Assembly (NCBI GenBank): GCA_910592345.1
Contig: CAJVPI010000128.1
Location: 1 to 50,944, forward strand
Direction of reading: 5' to 3'
Length of the DNA: 50,944 bases
Source: Paraglomus brasilianum
Taxonomy: Eukaryota
Part shown: positions 13,230-25,806 of the stretch, piece by piece
How positions within the stretch are numbered: the stretch's first letter is position 1
Layout: every line of letters begins with the position of its first letter
Program-made: the position numbers and the translations under genes
The notes under the pieces: model-generated
What the model was told of the DNA's origin: nothing
The model's input: only the letters and a program-made list of their open reading frames with translations
Database searches by the model: none

Positions 13230-15291
13230 ATGACAAGTCGTCATATAAATGCTCGCGTTAAGAAAAGGTCAATAATGGAAGGAACGACTAAAGGTACCGT
13301 GAAGTTTATGACTTTGAATTAATGGATGTAAATGACATTCGGGATTACTAAGACGTTCTGTTTGACTGTCGTCGGTTTTCTCTTGCCTGACTGCTTATAT
13401 TTATGACAAGGAGTGTCAACAGCATTACGAACATATCACCCATTCTACGACAGTGAGAATCCATTTCTCAGTGCTGACTCGCCATTACGATTACGAAAGT
13501 CCAAAGATAAACTTAGTGACAACGAGTCTGACGGTGATGACGATTGGGTCAATGAGAATGATGCTGCTAACAAAGGTATCAGACAGATGCTTGTCTATAA
13601 CTAGTTAACTTGTTTGATGATACAGATTCCAAATCAATTCATAACAGAAAACACGACCCCGCGCGCACGAAGAATAGTAGCAACACCAACAGTATTACCA
13701 TCTCCCTATATTCAAAATGATACAACGACGCCACCATTACCACCATTCGGTACGCCTGTAAAAGGTATTAACACGCCCGTGCAGGATGTTGATACGCCTG
13801 TAAAACGTATTAGCGTGCCTATTCAAGACATTAATACTCCCGCACAAGGCATTAGTAAGACACCTACACAGGATATGACTGCATCTGCCCAGGATGTGAC
13901 CACACCTATACGGAATGTAACCAAGCGCACACAGGATGTGACTACACCTGTGCAGGATATGACGACGCCCGTACAGGATATGAAGACACCTGTACAGGAT
14001 ATGAAGACGCCTGTACAAAGAATCTACACACCTGTACGTGGTATTAATTCACCTTTACAAGGTATCACTACTGCACAGAACTTTTACTTCTCCCTCGTCT
14101 ACAGTTTTACCCACGCATACATTTACCCTTTGCTCTTGTTCTGCTTCAAACCGCTTTTATTCTGACCAGCTGTACGTCAAGTTACACCGTCTCGCTCATC
14201 AACTTCCTCACCAAGAAGAAAGCAGATACGTTCTACTTCGAGACGAATGCGAGTAAGAAGAGTGCAGCGGGTTAATCCAGCGGTTTATGACGTGAAAGAG
14301 CCGTGGTATATTAAAGCTGGATCAAGATTGTCGACTTATACAAAAGATGCAGTGTGCATATTAAAGCATACATGCAATGTCGTGTGGATGAGGTGAGTTG
14401 GGAATCAGACATAGAAAGTAATCGCATAGTAAGAGGCGCAGATATTATGGCTAAAAGTTGACCGCTGGCTATCCTTTTCGCGTGATAACATAACTCTTGG
14501 TTGTTCTTATTGTAGGATGACATGGAGATCGTTTCTGTTGGTTATGTCGTTCATAATATTATATGACGCTATGTCTAAAGTGTGGGATTATGATGAGAGA
14601 AGTATGCTATTAGCATTACGCGCCTGTTTATTAGTAGATTTAAGAACACTTGACAAGAAAACAATGTATTATTTTGTAGATTTTCAGCGAGAAGTGAGCA
14701 TATGCCAAAGAGAATTGGACGCACTACACTGTGACAGAGCATCAATGTTACCACGTGTTGAGAAAATTTGTCAGGAAGCCAGAAAATATCCTTTAATATT
14801 CTTTATTTATAATACAAACATGGTTTATTCCTTGACTGTTTATCACATGTGTAGAAGCAAAAAAACAGTTATCTATTCTGGAAACTTTTGGTGTGGCTAT
14901 GATACACTTCATAAAACTGGCTCATGATGTGCAACCCGGAGAATCAATGGCATTTAAGGCAGAGTATTATTTTTATCTGGATACTTGCATGCGTGTTATT
15001 AATGACAAGTTTAGCATCAAACTAACATAATCTGTCTCACTTTCATTCTTAAAGGTCATTGGTGCCTATGTATTTATCATCTGCTTTCTTATGTTCCTAG
15101 TCATAAAGTACATATTTGGACCAGCATATTCTCTGCCACAACCACTGCCACAACCACAACCACAATATCTCTTCCTATCTACAAACGCACCTTCATCAAT
15201 GTCTCCTCAGTTCAGCACAATGTCTGTACCAGTGTCTCCTCATTTCAACTCTATAGAATATCCGCCTCCTACAAACTTTTTCAATGGATGA
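13230..15291 (+). CDS. Brr6/Brl1-like nuclear envelope membrane protein with N-terminal Thr-Pro repeat region
   Basis: After splicing: hydrophobic WRSFLLVMSFIILY, then CQRELDALHC-DRASMLPRVEKI-C-QEARK-C-VEAKKQLSILETFG, then hydrophobic VIGAYVFIICFLMFLVIKYIF. The C-x8-C-x12-C-x5-C spacing, conserved Pro and ETF motif between two membrane segments match the Brr6/Brl1 domain. The last intron needs a GC donor (about 14959). Confidence 0.75.
13748..14070 (+). repeat. Coding 21-bp minisatellite (QD[MV][TK]TPV heptads)
   Basis: Repeating caggatatgaagacacctgta-like units visible in both DNA and translation. Confidence 0.9.
14786..14846 (+). other. U12-type AT-AC intron in the Brl1-like gene
   Basis: 5' end ATATCCTTT, branch site TTCCTTGAC (14828-14836), terminal AC 11 nt after the branch A. 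Removal gives AAA TGT GTA GAA (K-C-V-E) in the frame that contains LETFG. Confidence 0.9.
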
Positions 15292-15595
15292 TGGGCAAAA
15301 ATGTATGATATTTACTTCTTTGATTCTCTCGTCATAGTCAATAAATGATGTGGCAGAGTATTCTGAGAATTTCTGCTGTCACTTAACTTTGTATATGAAT
15401 TGCCCTTCAGAATGACCACTTAGATTTATTAGTTTATACATTTTTTGGACATTGGACCCAAACTATCTATTCAAAATTAGAACTTGAGATGGGAGACATC
15501 TGAACCACTGAAACTTTGCTGATCTATTAAAAACTGTCTGATTGTCAAAAAGCACCAATTTCAAATATGTTCATTTAAAAAGAATACTTGGCTGT

Positions 15596-15865
15596 GTCGA
15601 GCAACAATCGCGGAAGAGCAATCGATCGCCGACCTTGGGATTAAAGTTATTTTCAAACGGAGCTTGTGGCTACTATTTTAGTTAAATCGAGGTAGTGACC
15701 TACATCGGTAGACACTTATCCGAGGACGGTTATTCCTCGAGTTAATCGATTCCGATGGGACTAATTTAGAAGCCTATAGGTTGGGGCTTATACTTACCCA
15801 TATTTATCTAAATGCATTTCCACTTAAGCAAATAACAACACGAGAATATTATCAGAAAACGAATC
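15596..15865 (+). repeat. Diverged dispersed repeat family B, copy 2
   Basis: Colinear similarity to 6655-6950. Confidence 0.8.
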
Positions 15866-16229
15866 ATTTCAAAGTATAAAGAACAAATCGTCTATTTGAA
15901 GATAATTATAATAATAAAGGGATCGAATGTGAAACACACTGAATCTAACAGAAAGTCGTGCTTCGTATATAATGTCAATTTTTCCTAACCATAAACGAGT
16001 GGATTATTTACACTTTCGATAAATATATATGTGTCAATCGGAGAACACGAAAATAGACCGGATATAATTGACTAAATGTGAAACTCTATTAAATTGACTC
16101 CTCCTCCGCTTTTACCGCTAAAGGCAATCAGGCGCTGCTGAAATAAGCTAAGATAGACAATTGAGAATACATAGTAACCGAAGTGGGTCGGGAACATTAA
16201 CATAGTGGGAAATGCTAAGAAATTCGTAA

Positions 16230-16346
16230 ATTTGGTTTATCGGGGTAAATTTAATATAGAGGTTTTAGAACTTACCTTCGGTTTAGCGGGGTTTTACTTA
16301 GTCCTTCGGTTTATCCATCTTCGGTTTAACGGGAGCCACTTGTATA
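16230..16346. mobile_element. Probable MITE / DNA-transposon end relic
   Basis: Three to four subterminal ttcggttta repeats ending in cggtttaacgggagccacttgta, resembling Tc1/pogo-type MITE ends. No partner end found. Confidence 0.35.
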
Positions 16347-17480
16347 TGGAAACATCGTCAGAAAGAATGTTAAGAGATGTTGACCTGGATAATAACAGTT
16401 ATATTCCATTACATGGCGTCTCAAATTTATTCTATTACACGTAATTTTCAAATAACTGAAATGCTTTTGTAGTAAATTTACTTGTTAATGTTACTATAAT
16501 TATTTATAATCACTACAATCTTGAGGAAAATGCAATGCCATTGTATTTTATACAAAAAATAAATAATCGTAGAGATTGAGTATGTTTACTCTGTTCTTGA
16601 TCATAGCTTTGGTCTTCCTGCTAACAGACTTTATTCGCGAAACTTTGATTAATTACCGCAACATCCATCCAAAATATAATTGTCTGTCTATTACTATTGA
16701 TATTATTACTGAAATAAATTAGGGATACGATACAGTCATTATGATATGCAGCTGCAAAATCTGAAAGCCTTCGCGTCATTGACGATGCTTCGATTATGCT
16801 GAGCCGGTTACCAATTTTAGCTTATATTTAACAAATACACACTGTTACAATATGCTGTTACCATCAATGCTACTTTTAAATAAACGCTAGGGGGAATGTT
16901 TGCTTGTTGTCTAGATAACATGGAGCAGAGAATACAAGCAGTCGTAAAAAAAATTATGTTTAGCCATAAAAACAATGTGCGTGAATATAAAAATATATAA
17001 CAGAGAAACGCTTGATACTCTAACAGCAGTGTATGCTTATATTCTTTAGCATCCGATTCCCCGTTATTATTAATATTATTATTCTTACGTGAATCATAAC
17101 CTCCCATTTGAAATCTTTGGTGTCTTGACGCTGGAATGATTATTATGACGTAAAAGTTGTACATAAATAGCAATTCATAATACTTATTTTTTTATGAGGC
17201 GCATATTAATATTAATATCATCACTTTATTTCGATAGATCTGCTGCTGCATGTGACTGATGCTTTTGCCATTGTATATTGATTGGTGGTAATTCATAGCT
17301 ATATACGAACTACAAACCCTCAAGAATATTAATATGTATAGTAATAGCGATTGATGCTTTGCCCCTTTAGTGCTTCTTTCCTAATCAAGGCAGTGATGCA
17401 ATTAAATAAAAAGATGCACATTTTCAGTTTCTCTCTTTTGTTATTGTTCCGTCTTTTCTCACACAAGCTAAAAAAGAAAA

Positions 17481-19173
17481 ATGTCCTTGAATTTTCTTCA
17501 AACACTCTCGACTGACATAGGCCAGCTTTTGCAAGATTCCGATGAATGCAATATTATAATAGAAGTTGGAGAAGATCCGAACATTAAAGCATTTTACGCT
17601 CATTCGATTATATTGCGGGCAAGATCACCATATTTCCGACGAGCATTATCGCATGAGTGGACCAAAATCGAAGACGGTCGTAGAAAGTTCAGAAAACCCA
17701 ATATTAAACCAGAAGTATTTGAACTCATTCTCAAGTAACCTTAGCTGTATGAAGTACAGTCTGTAATACATTATCCGTAATTCGTTACTAATTTCTTTCT
17801 TCTTTATAGGTTTATATATAGCGGCGACATTAACTTGGACGGGCAAGACGTGTCAAGAATATTAGAGCTCCTGGTTGCTACCGACGAATTGCTGTTAAGT
17901 GAGCTATCTGATCACGTTCAAGATTATATATTACATTGTCAAAGTGAATGGCTTAAGCAGAACGTTGTCAGTCTCTGGACGAAAATACATCATTACGACG
18001 CTTGTGCCAAATTAAAAAACCACTGTTTGCGATTGATATGTCGGAAACCACAATTTCTCTTTGCATCGGAGGATTTCTTGTCCATGCCAGAGTCATTGCT
18101 ACTGCCATTCTTGCGAATCGATGGTCTTCGTATGGAAGAGATTGAAATTTGGGATCATGTGCTTCGCTGGGGATTAGCTCAGCATCCAGAGATTCGGGAT
18201 AAGGACATGAGCAAGTGGTCTGCTGACGAGTACGATGGTTTGGAAAGGACACTTAAAAACTGCTTGCCTTTGATTGACTTTGCCCATGTATCGTCAAACG
18301 ACTTTTACAGTAAAGTATGGCCATTCCAGGGAATGCTGCCCAAGACTCTATTGGAGGACATAGTTAGGTACATATATACATGCATGAATTATAGTTGGGA
18401 CAATGGGCAATGGCGAATATTGATATAACACAATATTGATTCGGATGGGGGGCTGGGGGGTTTTTTTTCCTTTCTTTCTTAGACATCACCTCAAGACAAA
18501 CAGTCCTCCTCAGCCTGTCAAGCTTGCGTCTAGACTGCAATTCGATTCTGCTCTAATTCGGACATCCCACGTTGCTCTTTTGGCTAGCTGGATTGATAGG
18601 CTCGGCGACAAGAGGTATCTCTACGATGAAGTTCCATATCGGTTCCAGTTATTGTTGCGGTAAGTAGATCCAGCTAGTATTATAGGACTGTGGTTTCTAT
18701 TACACAAAGTTATTAACCTTATTGCTTGCCTTGACAGAGGGACGCGAGACGGCTTTAGCTCTTCGGCTTTCCATGAACTGTGCGACGAAAAGCCAAAGAC
18801 CGTTGTAGTAATCAAGATTCGTGGGACTGACGAGATAATTGGTGGATATAGTCCGTTGATATGGAAACCGATGGATGGTTACTGCAACACTGAAGACAGT
18901 TTTCTCTTCAGCTTTGGAAATCGTGGTAACGTTGAGGACGCTACATTGAGTCGCGTATCTCTATCGCGATCTTATTATGCTATTCGATGGAATGGACGTG
19001 ACTATGGTCCTTGTTTTGGAGATAAAGATTTGTGGATGCGAAACAAGTTTAATGAAGAACTTAGTTGTTCATGTCGGCGTGACGACTACATGGAATCTAT
19101 TACCGACTGCACAACTTTTTCTGTTGAAGAATATGAAGTATTCAGGGTTGTAAAGAAAACGTCATTAACGTAG
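17481..19173 (+). CDS. BTB/POZ-BACK-TLDc domain protein, 4 exons
   Basis: FYAHSIILRARSPYFRRAL...FELILKFIYSG (BTB); EEIEIWDHVLRWG (BACK); FQLLLRGTRDGF...FHELCD...IIGGYSP...SFLFSF...GPCFG...EEYEVF (TLDc). This architecture is known to be expanded in Glomeromycotina. Confidence 0.93.
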
Positions 19174-19382
19174 ATTTTTTCAGAGACAATTAACAAAGTC
19201 ACCTATCATTTAGTACCACTTATTGTCATACTTTATTTTAATAATAATTTTTTTGTAATGATTATTCTATATAGAAATGTCGGTTACCCACCACAAGACT
19301 TGATCCGACTATAGACATAATACTCCGAATCCTGTGATTATTACTTGTATTATCATTTATAGATTAAACAGTTTTGTTGAGA

Positions 19383-19976
19383 CTACGGCCGTTCCTCGTC
19401 CTTGTTCTTGTCCTCCTCTTTCTCTGCATTCTTTTCTTTGGTTTCCTTTTCCCAATCTTTTTGCAAACGTCCGACGATTTCTAAAAATTTGTTGATTGAT
19501 AACATTAGTTGCGACTGAAGAGATTCCTTTGTAAATTAGCTGTGATCATTTTAATTACCTCGATGAGCGGGTGGAGTCACCACATGCTCTACATCTTGCC
19601 ATCGGGTTTCATCATTGTCAAGTTCATCTGGACTTGGATCAGAGATTGTATCATGTCGTGGAAGGGCATGAAACACTACACCTGAATGAGGTTCGCGACC
19701 TATAATTTTGTAATTGACACAATAATTAGATCAGATCATATAGACTAGAGACGAAAAGAAATAAACACATACCAATGGGTGAGGTATTCTCGCTGCGTTT
19801 ATTCATGGTTGTAACTTGGTGAATATGCAATGCCCTTGCTTCGAGTCGCAAAAATGCAGAGTTTGTGGAGAGTTGGATTCCTATGCAAATGGGCGAGCAG
19901 TGATTTGAAGCAGAACAAGGATGGAAAGTAGACCAGACGCAAACATTATTGACTTTGCAACCAAGCTTGTCGTCAT
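19383..19976 (-). pseudogene. Small secreted protein gene (3 exons) with a 1-nt frameshift at the end of the signal peptide
   Basis: MTTSLVAKSIMFASGLLSILVLLQITA is signal-peptide-like and runs into TAG (19881-19883). Adding one base near 19896 gives ...ITASPICIG...LEAR...MNKRSE, and two GT-AG introns then lead in frame to an acidic/basic tail ending EERP*. Confidence 0.6.
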
Positions 19977-20770
19977 GATGACTTCACTCTAGTCTCGAAA
20001 TGGACGAGATTCACCAATCGGAAATAAAGTTGAGATGTTTACAAACAGCACTTTGGCGGCGTTAAACGGCTTTTTTGATCAAGTGGGATTTGGTTAAGCG
20101 TTGGTTTTGTGCCTTATACACAAATTTTTTCCTAGTGTTTTTCATTTATTTTAAAATCGAATTTGCTTCGGTTGGTAATCGCAATATACCGAATCGAGAA
20201 TTCATAATATCAAAGGGATTGAATAATCACGGAAATTTTCGCAGAGTGCATCCGCATTTTTTGAGTCCAGGGAGGTGGAAAATTTCTCGCTACAAAACGT
20301 GAGTTTATACAACCTGTATACGGTTAATCACTCACTCAATCAACGTCAAGTCTGTCAATTAATTTCATTTGTTCAAGAAAAAAATGGATTGATAGTATTA
20401 GTGAAAAGAAGCTACACAACAACAGAAGGAACAGTGCGAGTCCATAACCATTAATATAATAAAACTATTTGTACAGATTACTACTCGTAAATTAGTGTAA
20501 ATGTCCAAAATTGAAGACTATAAAATTAAACTCCAATTTTAATATAACTAACTCTGCAACCGCACTTCTTATAGTAACTTTTCTAATCTAATTTGTGCAG
20601 ATACAAGCACAAACTTTCATCTTTCAATAAATAAATAATCCCGCGCACCCACCACCCTCTTATACGTCGTCCACAATTCTTTTCGATACAGTCTTTCCCA
20701 TTAACAACATTAACAAAACACCAGCCGCAACAAAAAAATCCCGTGGATATACGACTCCTTCATCGCAAAG

Positions 20771-23700
20771 TCATCCAAGAGTATAATCCGAAAGCTTAGC
20801 AAAGAATGGATTCACAAACTCAAAGAAAGCAAACTGTGATGGTTGTGTACCATATTTGTAGACAAATCTGCTTGCTAAATAGGACCCAAAGATAGCGCGG
20901 ACATACGGTTCAGGTACGCGCTCGAGCAGAGTGTCAAGTCCCAAACGATCAAGCAAAAGCTGTGGGAATGCTTCGCGCAAGACCGCCTTGCGTAATGGAA
21001 CATTTTGCCAGAGTATCGATTGTTGGAGATCCTCATTGAGTGTCACAATGTTAAGACTCAGTTCGTCAGAAATAATAGATCGTGGCTTGTTAGTGCGACG
21101 GTGTTCGCGCCAGATACATTCGAACTCTAGTTCGGCGTTCTTTTCTATGATATGATGTACTTCTTTAACATAATCCTGATAAAACTGAGGTATAACACCC
21201 TCTTTGACTTGCATGTTCTTGTCGAATTCTTCATCAGTGAGAGACAAGGCAGCAAGCACCTCTAGTGAAGATGAAGTTACACCACCCTTATTCGCCGAGG
21301 CATCTTTAAAGATAATAGCACCGGCTTCTTCTAATCTTAGGCGTGCCTCTTGGGTGAAGAACAGATTGGCACCTTCTACAATGTACTTGAAGCGTGGTTT
21401 GCCATTATGATCGAGTAATAGACTGACGTTACTGAGATCGACCGATTCCGGACGACCGCCACACGGAACGAATAGTTCGGCCGAGACGAGACTTGACAAG
21501 TGGAAGTTGTTCCTGAAAATTAAACCGTCATCAATGACTTGTCCGTCTAGAATGAGAGGACGAGGGTTAGCAACGAGAATGTATGCTAAATAAATGGATG
21601 CGGCGGGAAATATCAATCAACTTACTTGGTAGTTTGACATTCTGTTGATCGACTAATACTCTGAATCCTTTGGGTGATAATTTTGACAAATCGAATTGTG
21701 ATATCATAAATCGGTTATGAGCAAGGCGTCTCAACTCTGTGCGATCGATACCGTCCGGATCACAGAGGACACCACTACCGTCAACAACGGCTGAAAAAAA
21801 AAGCAGGCAAATTAGATAAACAAAACTAAATGGACCAATAAGGCAAACATGACACTCGCCATCCAACACTTACCAATAGTTCTATCCTTTGAAATCCTAA
21901 TCTCGTTACTACCCAAATCTCCATCAGGTCCACCAGTTTGGAATTTAGTAATCTTGGCTTCCTTCAAACCCAATTTCTTGTATATTCCTAATACGTATTG
22001 GTGAACTGATCTGGTGGTCATTCCGTAAACATCATGAGGAATACCACCGAGTTCTTGTGATTTGCCTGTAGTGAAAGCTTTCCAGAATGGTGCTCCGCGT
22101 TTACGCGCGTGGGCACTCGCCCAGTCAACGAGTGTTGCTGTGCCCTCATCGGGACCGAAGAAGAGAATTTCTGGCTTATTATACAGATCGATGATTTTCT
22201 GAAAATTGGAATCATCAAAATAAGTAAGTGAACGCTTCTTTGTATGCTATATCTCAAGTTACCAAGCAATATGAACTCACTTCTTTGATTCCAGGCGTTC
22301 TTCCAACAATCAAAAGATCCAGGATACTATCAACATATTTCTCAAACGCGACACGATCCTTGTCTTGTTGTGCAAAATCCAACAAAATCGTTCCTTTCGA
22401 ACCACCCTCGGGTATATCCTTGTTTTTTCTTTGTTGCGTAGCCGCCAAAGCATAATTTTCATCAAATAAACTTCTCAAATTGATGCTATACGTTTCCTTA
22501 TTCCTAGATTTTATAATCCTAATCCCGCCTCTCGCCACGTCTCTGAATCTCAAATGGAATCCTCGAAATTCCGACCCAATTACAAAGAACATTCCGAACA
22601 GTTTGGTCGGATATTCAATCGCTGGAAGGAAGCTAGGGTCGAGACGGAAGGAAAGTGCAACCTTTGTTGGCTGATAAAAGTTGGTTTTAAGCACGTGTTT
22701 GTTGAAAGTGAGGAATGATTCAAAGACCATGAATTCGTGAGTATTGGATGTCGTGCGTTTGATCTTGTCCAAAAGTTCATCGTCTGTCAAGACTACGTCT
22801 GTTTGGATACGCTGGTAAGAGAGAGAGGGTCTTTTATAATAAAGAATAATAGTTAGTATGTGGGCTGTGAGAGAAAGCCATTGATCTATGCACTAGGCTG
22901 ATCGATATAATATCGTCATATTTGAATACTTACTCAAGTGCAGCTGCCCGCGGATTAATATAATGCGTCATCGCAAAATTGATATATAATAAATGAATCA
23001 ACTCTGGATACATCTTGATAATATCCAAAAGATACTCTCTAGTAAAAGTGTCTGTCCTCAGCTTCTTTTTAATCTTGGTCAGCACGCCTACATGCACCGG
23101 ATTGTCCTTGTCCAGAATACTCGCCAGACTGACATACTCATTACCCAACCTGTTCAAAAAGTGTTGTGCGAAAAGCCATCCCACATGGCCGTAGATGGCC
23201 TCTTGCACGGAAAGTTTTCCGGTTTGGAAGAAGCTTTGTAGAGGCGTCGTGGGAAGACAATAAATTAGAGAGGCTTCTTTGATTACTTGGTGGATCGTGT
23301 GTTCAATGGGTGCAGAGTCTGAGTTTGGCAAGGGATTGAGATAGAGAGACACTACTGTTATACCGTTGGAGAATTGCTCTGTCAAGTTTAAAGATCACGG
23401 AAACTCGAGTTAGAATATGACTAACGAATTAGTTACAATGACAAATAACAAACAAACTGTCTACATACCGACATATTTCCTCGTCGAATACATGTCGTAA
23501 AAGTGATACAAATCGCTCATAGCTGAGAAAAAGCTTTGAGTACTTCCCTGCCTATAGGCAAGTACCAATCTCCTCTCTCTACTTCCTTCAACTTCGAACA
23601 TTTCAATCACAGGTCCGGTCCTGTTCAATGCCAGTTTTATGATATCACGATAGATTTCTAATGTGTTTTCGGTTACTTTTTCTAAAAATGTTTTGTCGCC

Positions 23701-24565
23701 AACAAGGCGAATATCTGTTTCTTCTTCGGGTGTAGGGTTTGGTACAACAAAATCACATTTTGATATGAAATAGCAGCGAAGCTGAGTGTTCAGTGAGGGA
23801 GAGACGTTGCCGTGAGAGCGATAAGTTTCGAGACGATATGCTCGTTCTGTAGAGCTGCCGTCCAGGTATTTGGCATCGATTCTGGAAAATTAGTGAGCAT
23901 TCGGGTAAAGACGACAAGAAAGTTATGACATGCTGGTTGACTATAGTACATTGATTTCGAATATATGCATCAGCGCCACTTTTACAGCCACTCGTTTCTC
24001 GTTGATCACTTCGAATGCAAACGTACCTTCTCTCGTGTTGAGGGCCTTGAGACTGAGACACCCCAGGACGCGAAGTGTGTATATACACAGCGCCTTCCTC
24101 TGTTTCTCTTTCAAGATTAATGTCGAACTCATTCTCATTCTTCGTGTAGGCGAATATCTTTGCACCGTAGAGAGCCATGATGTGATTTGCAATAGTTTCA
24201 AAAGTTTCTGTGCCAAAGTATACATCATCGATTCCAAGATTGCTGGTTTGTTTTCAAATAGATGTTGATAGTGAGCGAATTGAAGATTGCATGGACAAAG
24301 AGACGGCAAAGATTGGGAAAGGATGCACGCAAGACACGAGATGAAGATTGTTCAATCCTCTCTCTTGTTATCGTTGTTGCACCCATCTTTCTGCTTTCAT
24401 TTGTACGCAGAATATGACTCACCCATAAAACCACGACACTTCGTTCTTGACCAGATCTTTTGGTATAAAGCCACGTTCTTCTAGATATGCGCAAACCTTG
24501 ATCATTTGTTCTTCTTTCCCATCAAAGATATGGTCAGTGTATCCACTCGAGTTCTTGACCACCAT
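20771..24565 (-). CDS. GDH2: NAD-specific glutamate dehydrogenase (large fungal type); 5' exon(s) uncertain
   Basis: EFRGFHLRFRDVARGGIRI, KNKDIPEGGSKG, FFGPDEGTA, FQTGGPDGDLGSNEI, FVPCGGRP, IVEGANLF and KDASANKGGVTSSSLEV motifs across multiple exons. A CAG acceptor at 24575-24577 suggests a further upstream exon. Confidence 0.96.
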
Positions 24566-25729
24566 ATTTGTGGGCTGTAAGAACAGACCGGGAATTTGTC
24601 GAAAAGAGGACATGGTAAGGTATCAGAGAGAGAGAGGTCAAGCGAAGTTGAGAGGGGAGGAAGTTAATGGAAAAGTTTGACAGGAAAAATGAGAAGTGAT
24701 AGTGTTCGCTGATTGTTTGGCATCTTAAGTATATATGTGGATTTGACTCGTACAAACTTTGACAATACACATGTATGGTAAAAAACAGTTGTTTATTATT
24801 AACACTAATATACCCCCTTTTTTTTCATATACACATGACTGCTATTTACCAAAATTCTTTTTGCCGGATCGAAAAAGGGGGAGGCTTAATTTCCTATTTG
24901 TACAATAACACAGAATGCGCATATTGCCGACAATTGTTCATACAATGTAACTATATTGATTTATATGCAATGTTTACATGTATGTATATCTGATGGCGTA
25001 TATATAAAATGTAATGTGAGGTTTAATCCTGGTTTTCATTTTACTAAATACGGACCTCCCGATACTAACTAATTAGAGCATCTGATATGATTTCCTGCAT
25101 TGTAATCCAAACTGTAGTTTGACTCATCTTGCAAAGGTTGCTGATTTCTATGGTACACATATTGTATCATGTACTTTGAGATTATCACCTCATCTATTGC
25201 TTTGTAAGTAACATTACAAGGTGAGGAGTGGGGTAGTAGGAGTGGGGGGGAGTGATGCAACGTGGACAATAGACATTTACAAGGTGCATAATATTGCGTG
25301 CGAAATGTGCAAAATGGGCATTTGTGCAAAGTAGAAAGTTGGGGGACTTTCCTCGTCCGGATAAATAACTTTTCCCACGACATAAAGATATTTGCTGTTC
25401 AGGATGAGATCGGTAAACGTAGTGACAATATTGGTTTAGTCGGCAAATAAAAAGTATTTCCATTATGGTATATCAGGCATAACAAATATAGTCTATAATA
25501 ACCGTCCATTGTGTTGCTCATTGAGAACACCAGCCATTTCGTTTTTCAGTCCTCTCCCATCTAATGTCCTGAAACATCGATCACACACGCTCAGACATTC
25601 GTATATACCAGATCCGTTGACCATTCGGACTTCCAAGTTATTTAGTCTGAGCTATGTATTCTTCAGAACAAAACGGTTGTCGTAGTTATTCCTCACAAGG
25701 AAGGTCTGTATTTGCAAACACACCATGCG

Positions 25730-25806
25730 ATGACCTTCTAGAGGTATTCGGCACAACCGCACTTCATACAATGACCTTCTAGAGGTATTTGGCATAACCA
25801 CATTTC
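25730..25806. repeat. 41-bp tandem duplication
   Basis: atgaccttctagaggtatt(c/t)ggca(c/t)aacc at 25730 and 25771. Confidence 0.85.

Noticed and set aside
20931..24680. Numerous + strand ORFs opposite GDH2 (and similar shadows over ATG2, WDR24 and BTB)
   Set aside because: Antisense or alternate-frame shadows of real exons with no domain signal.
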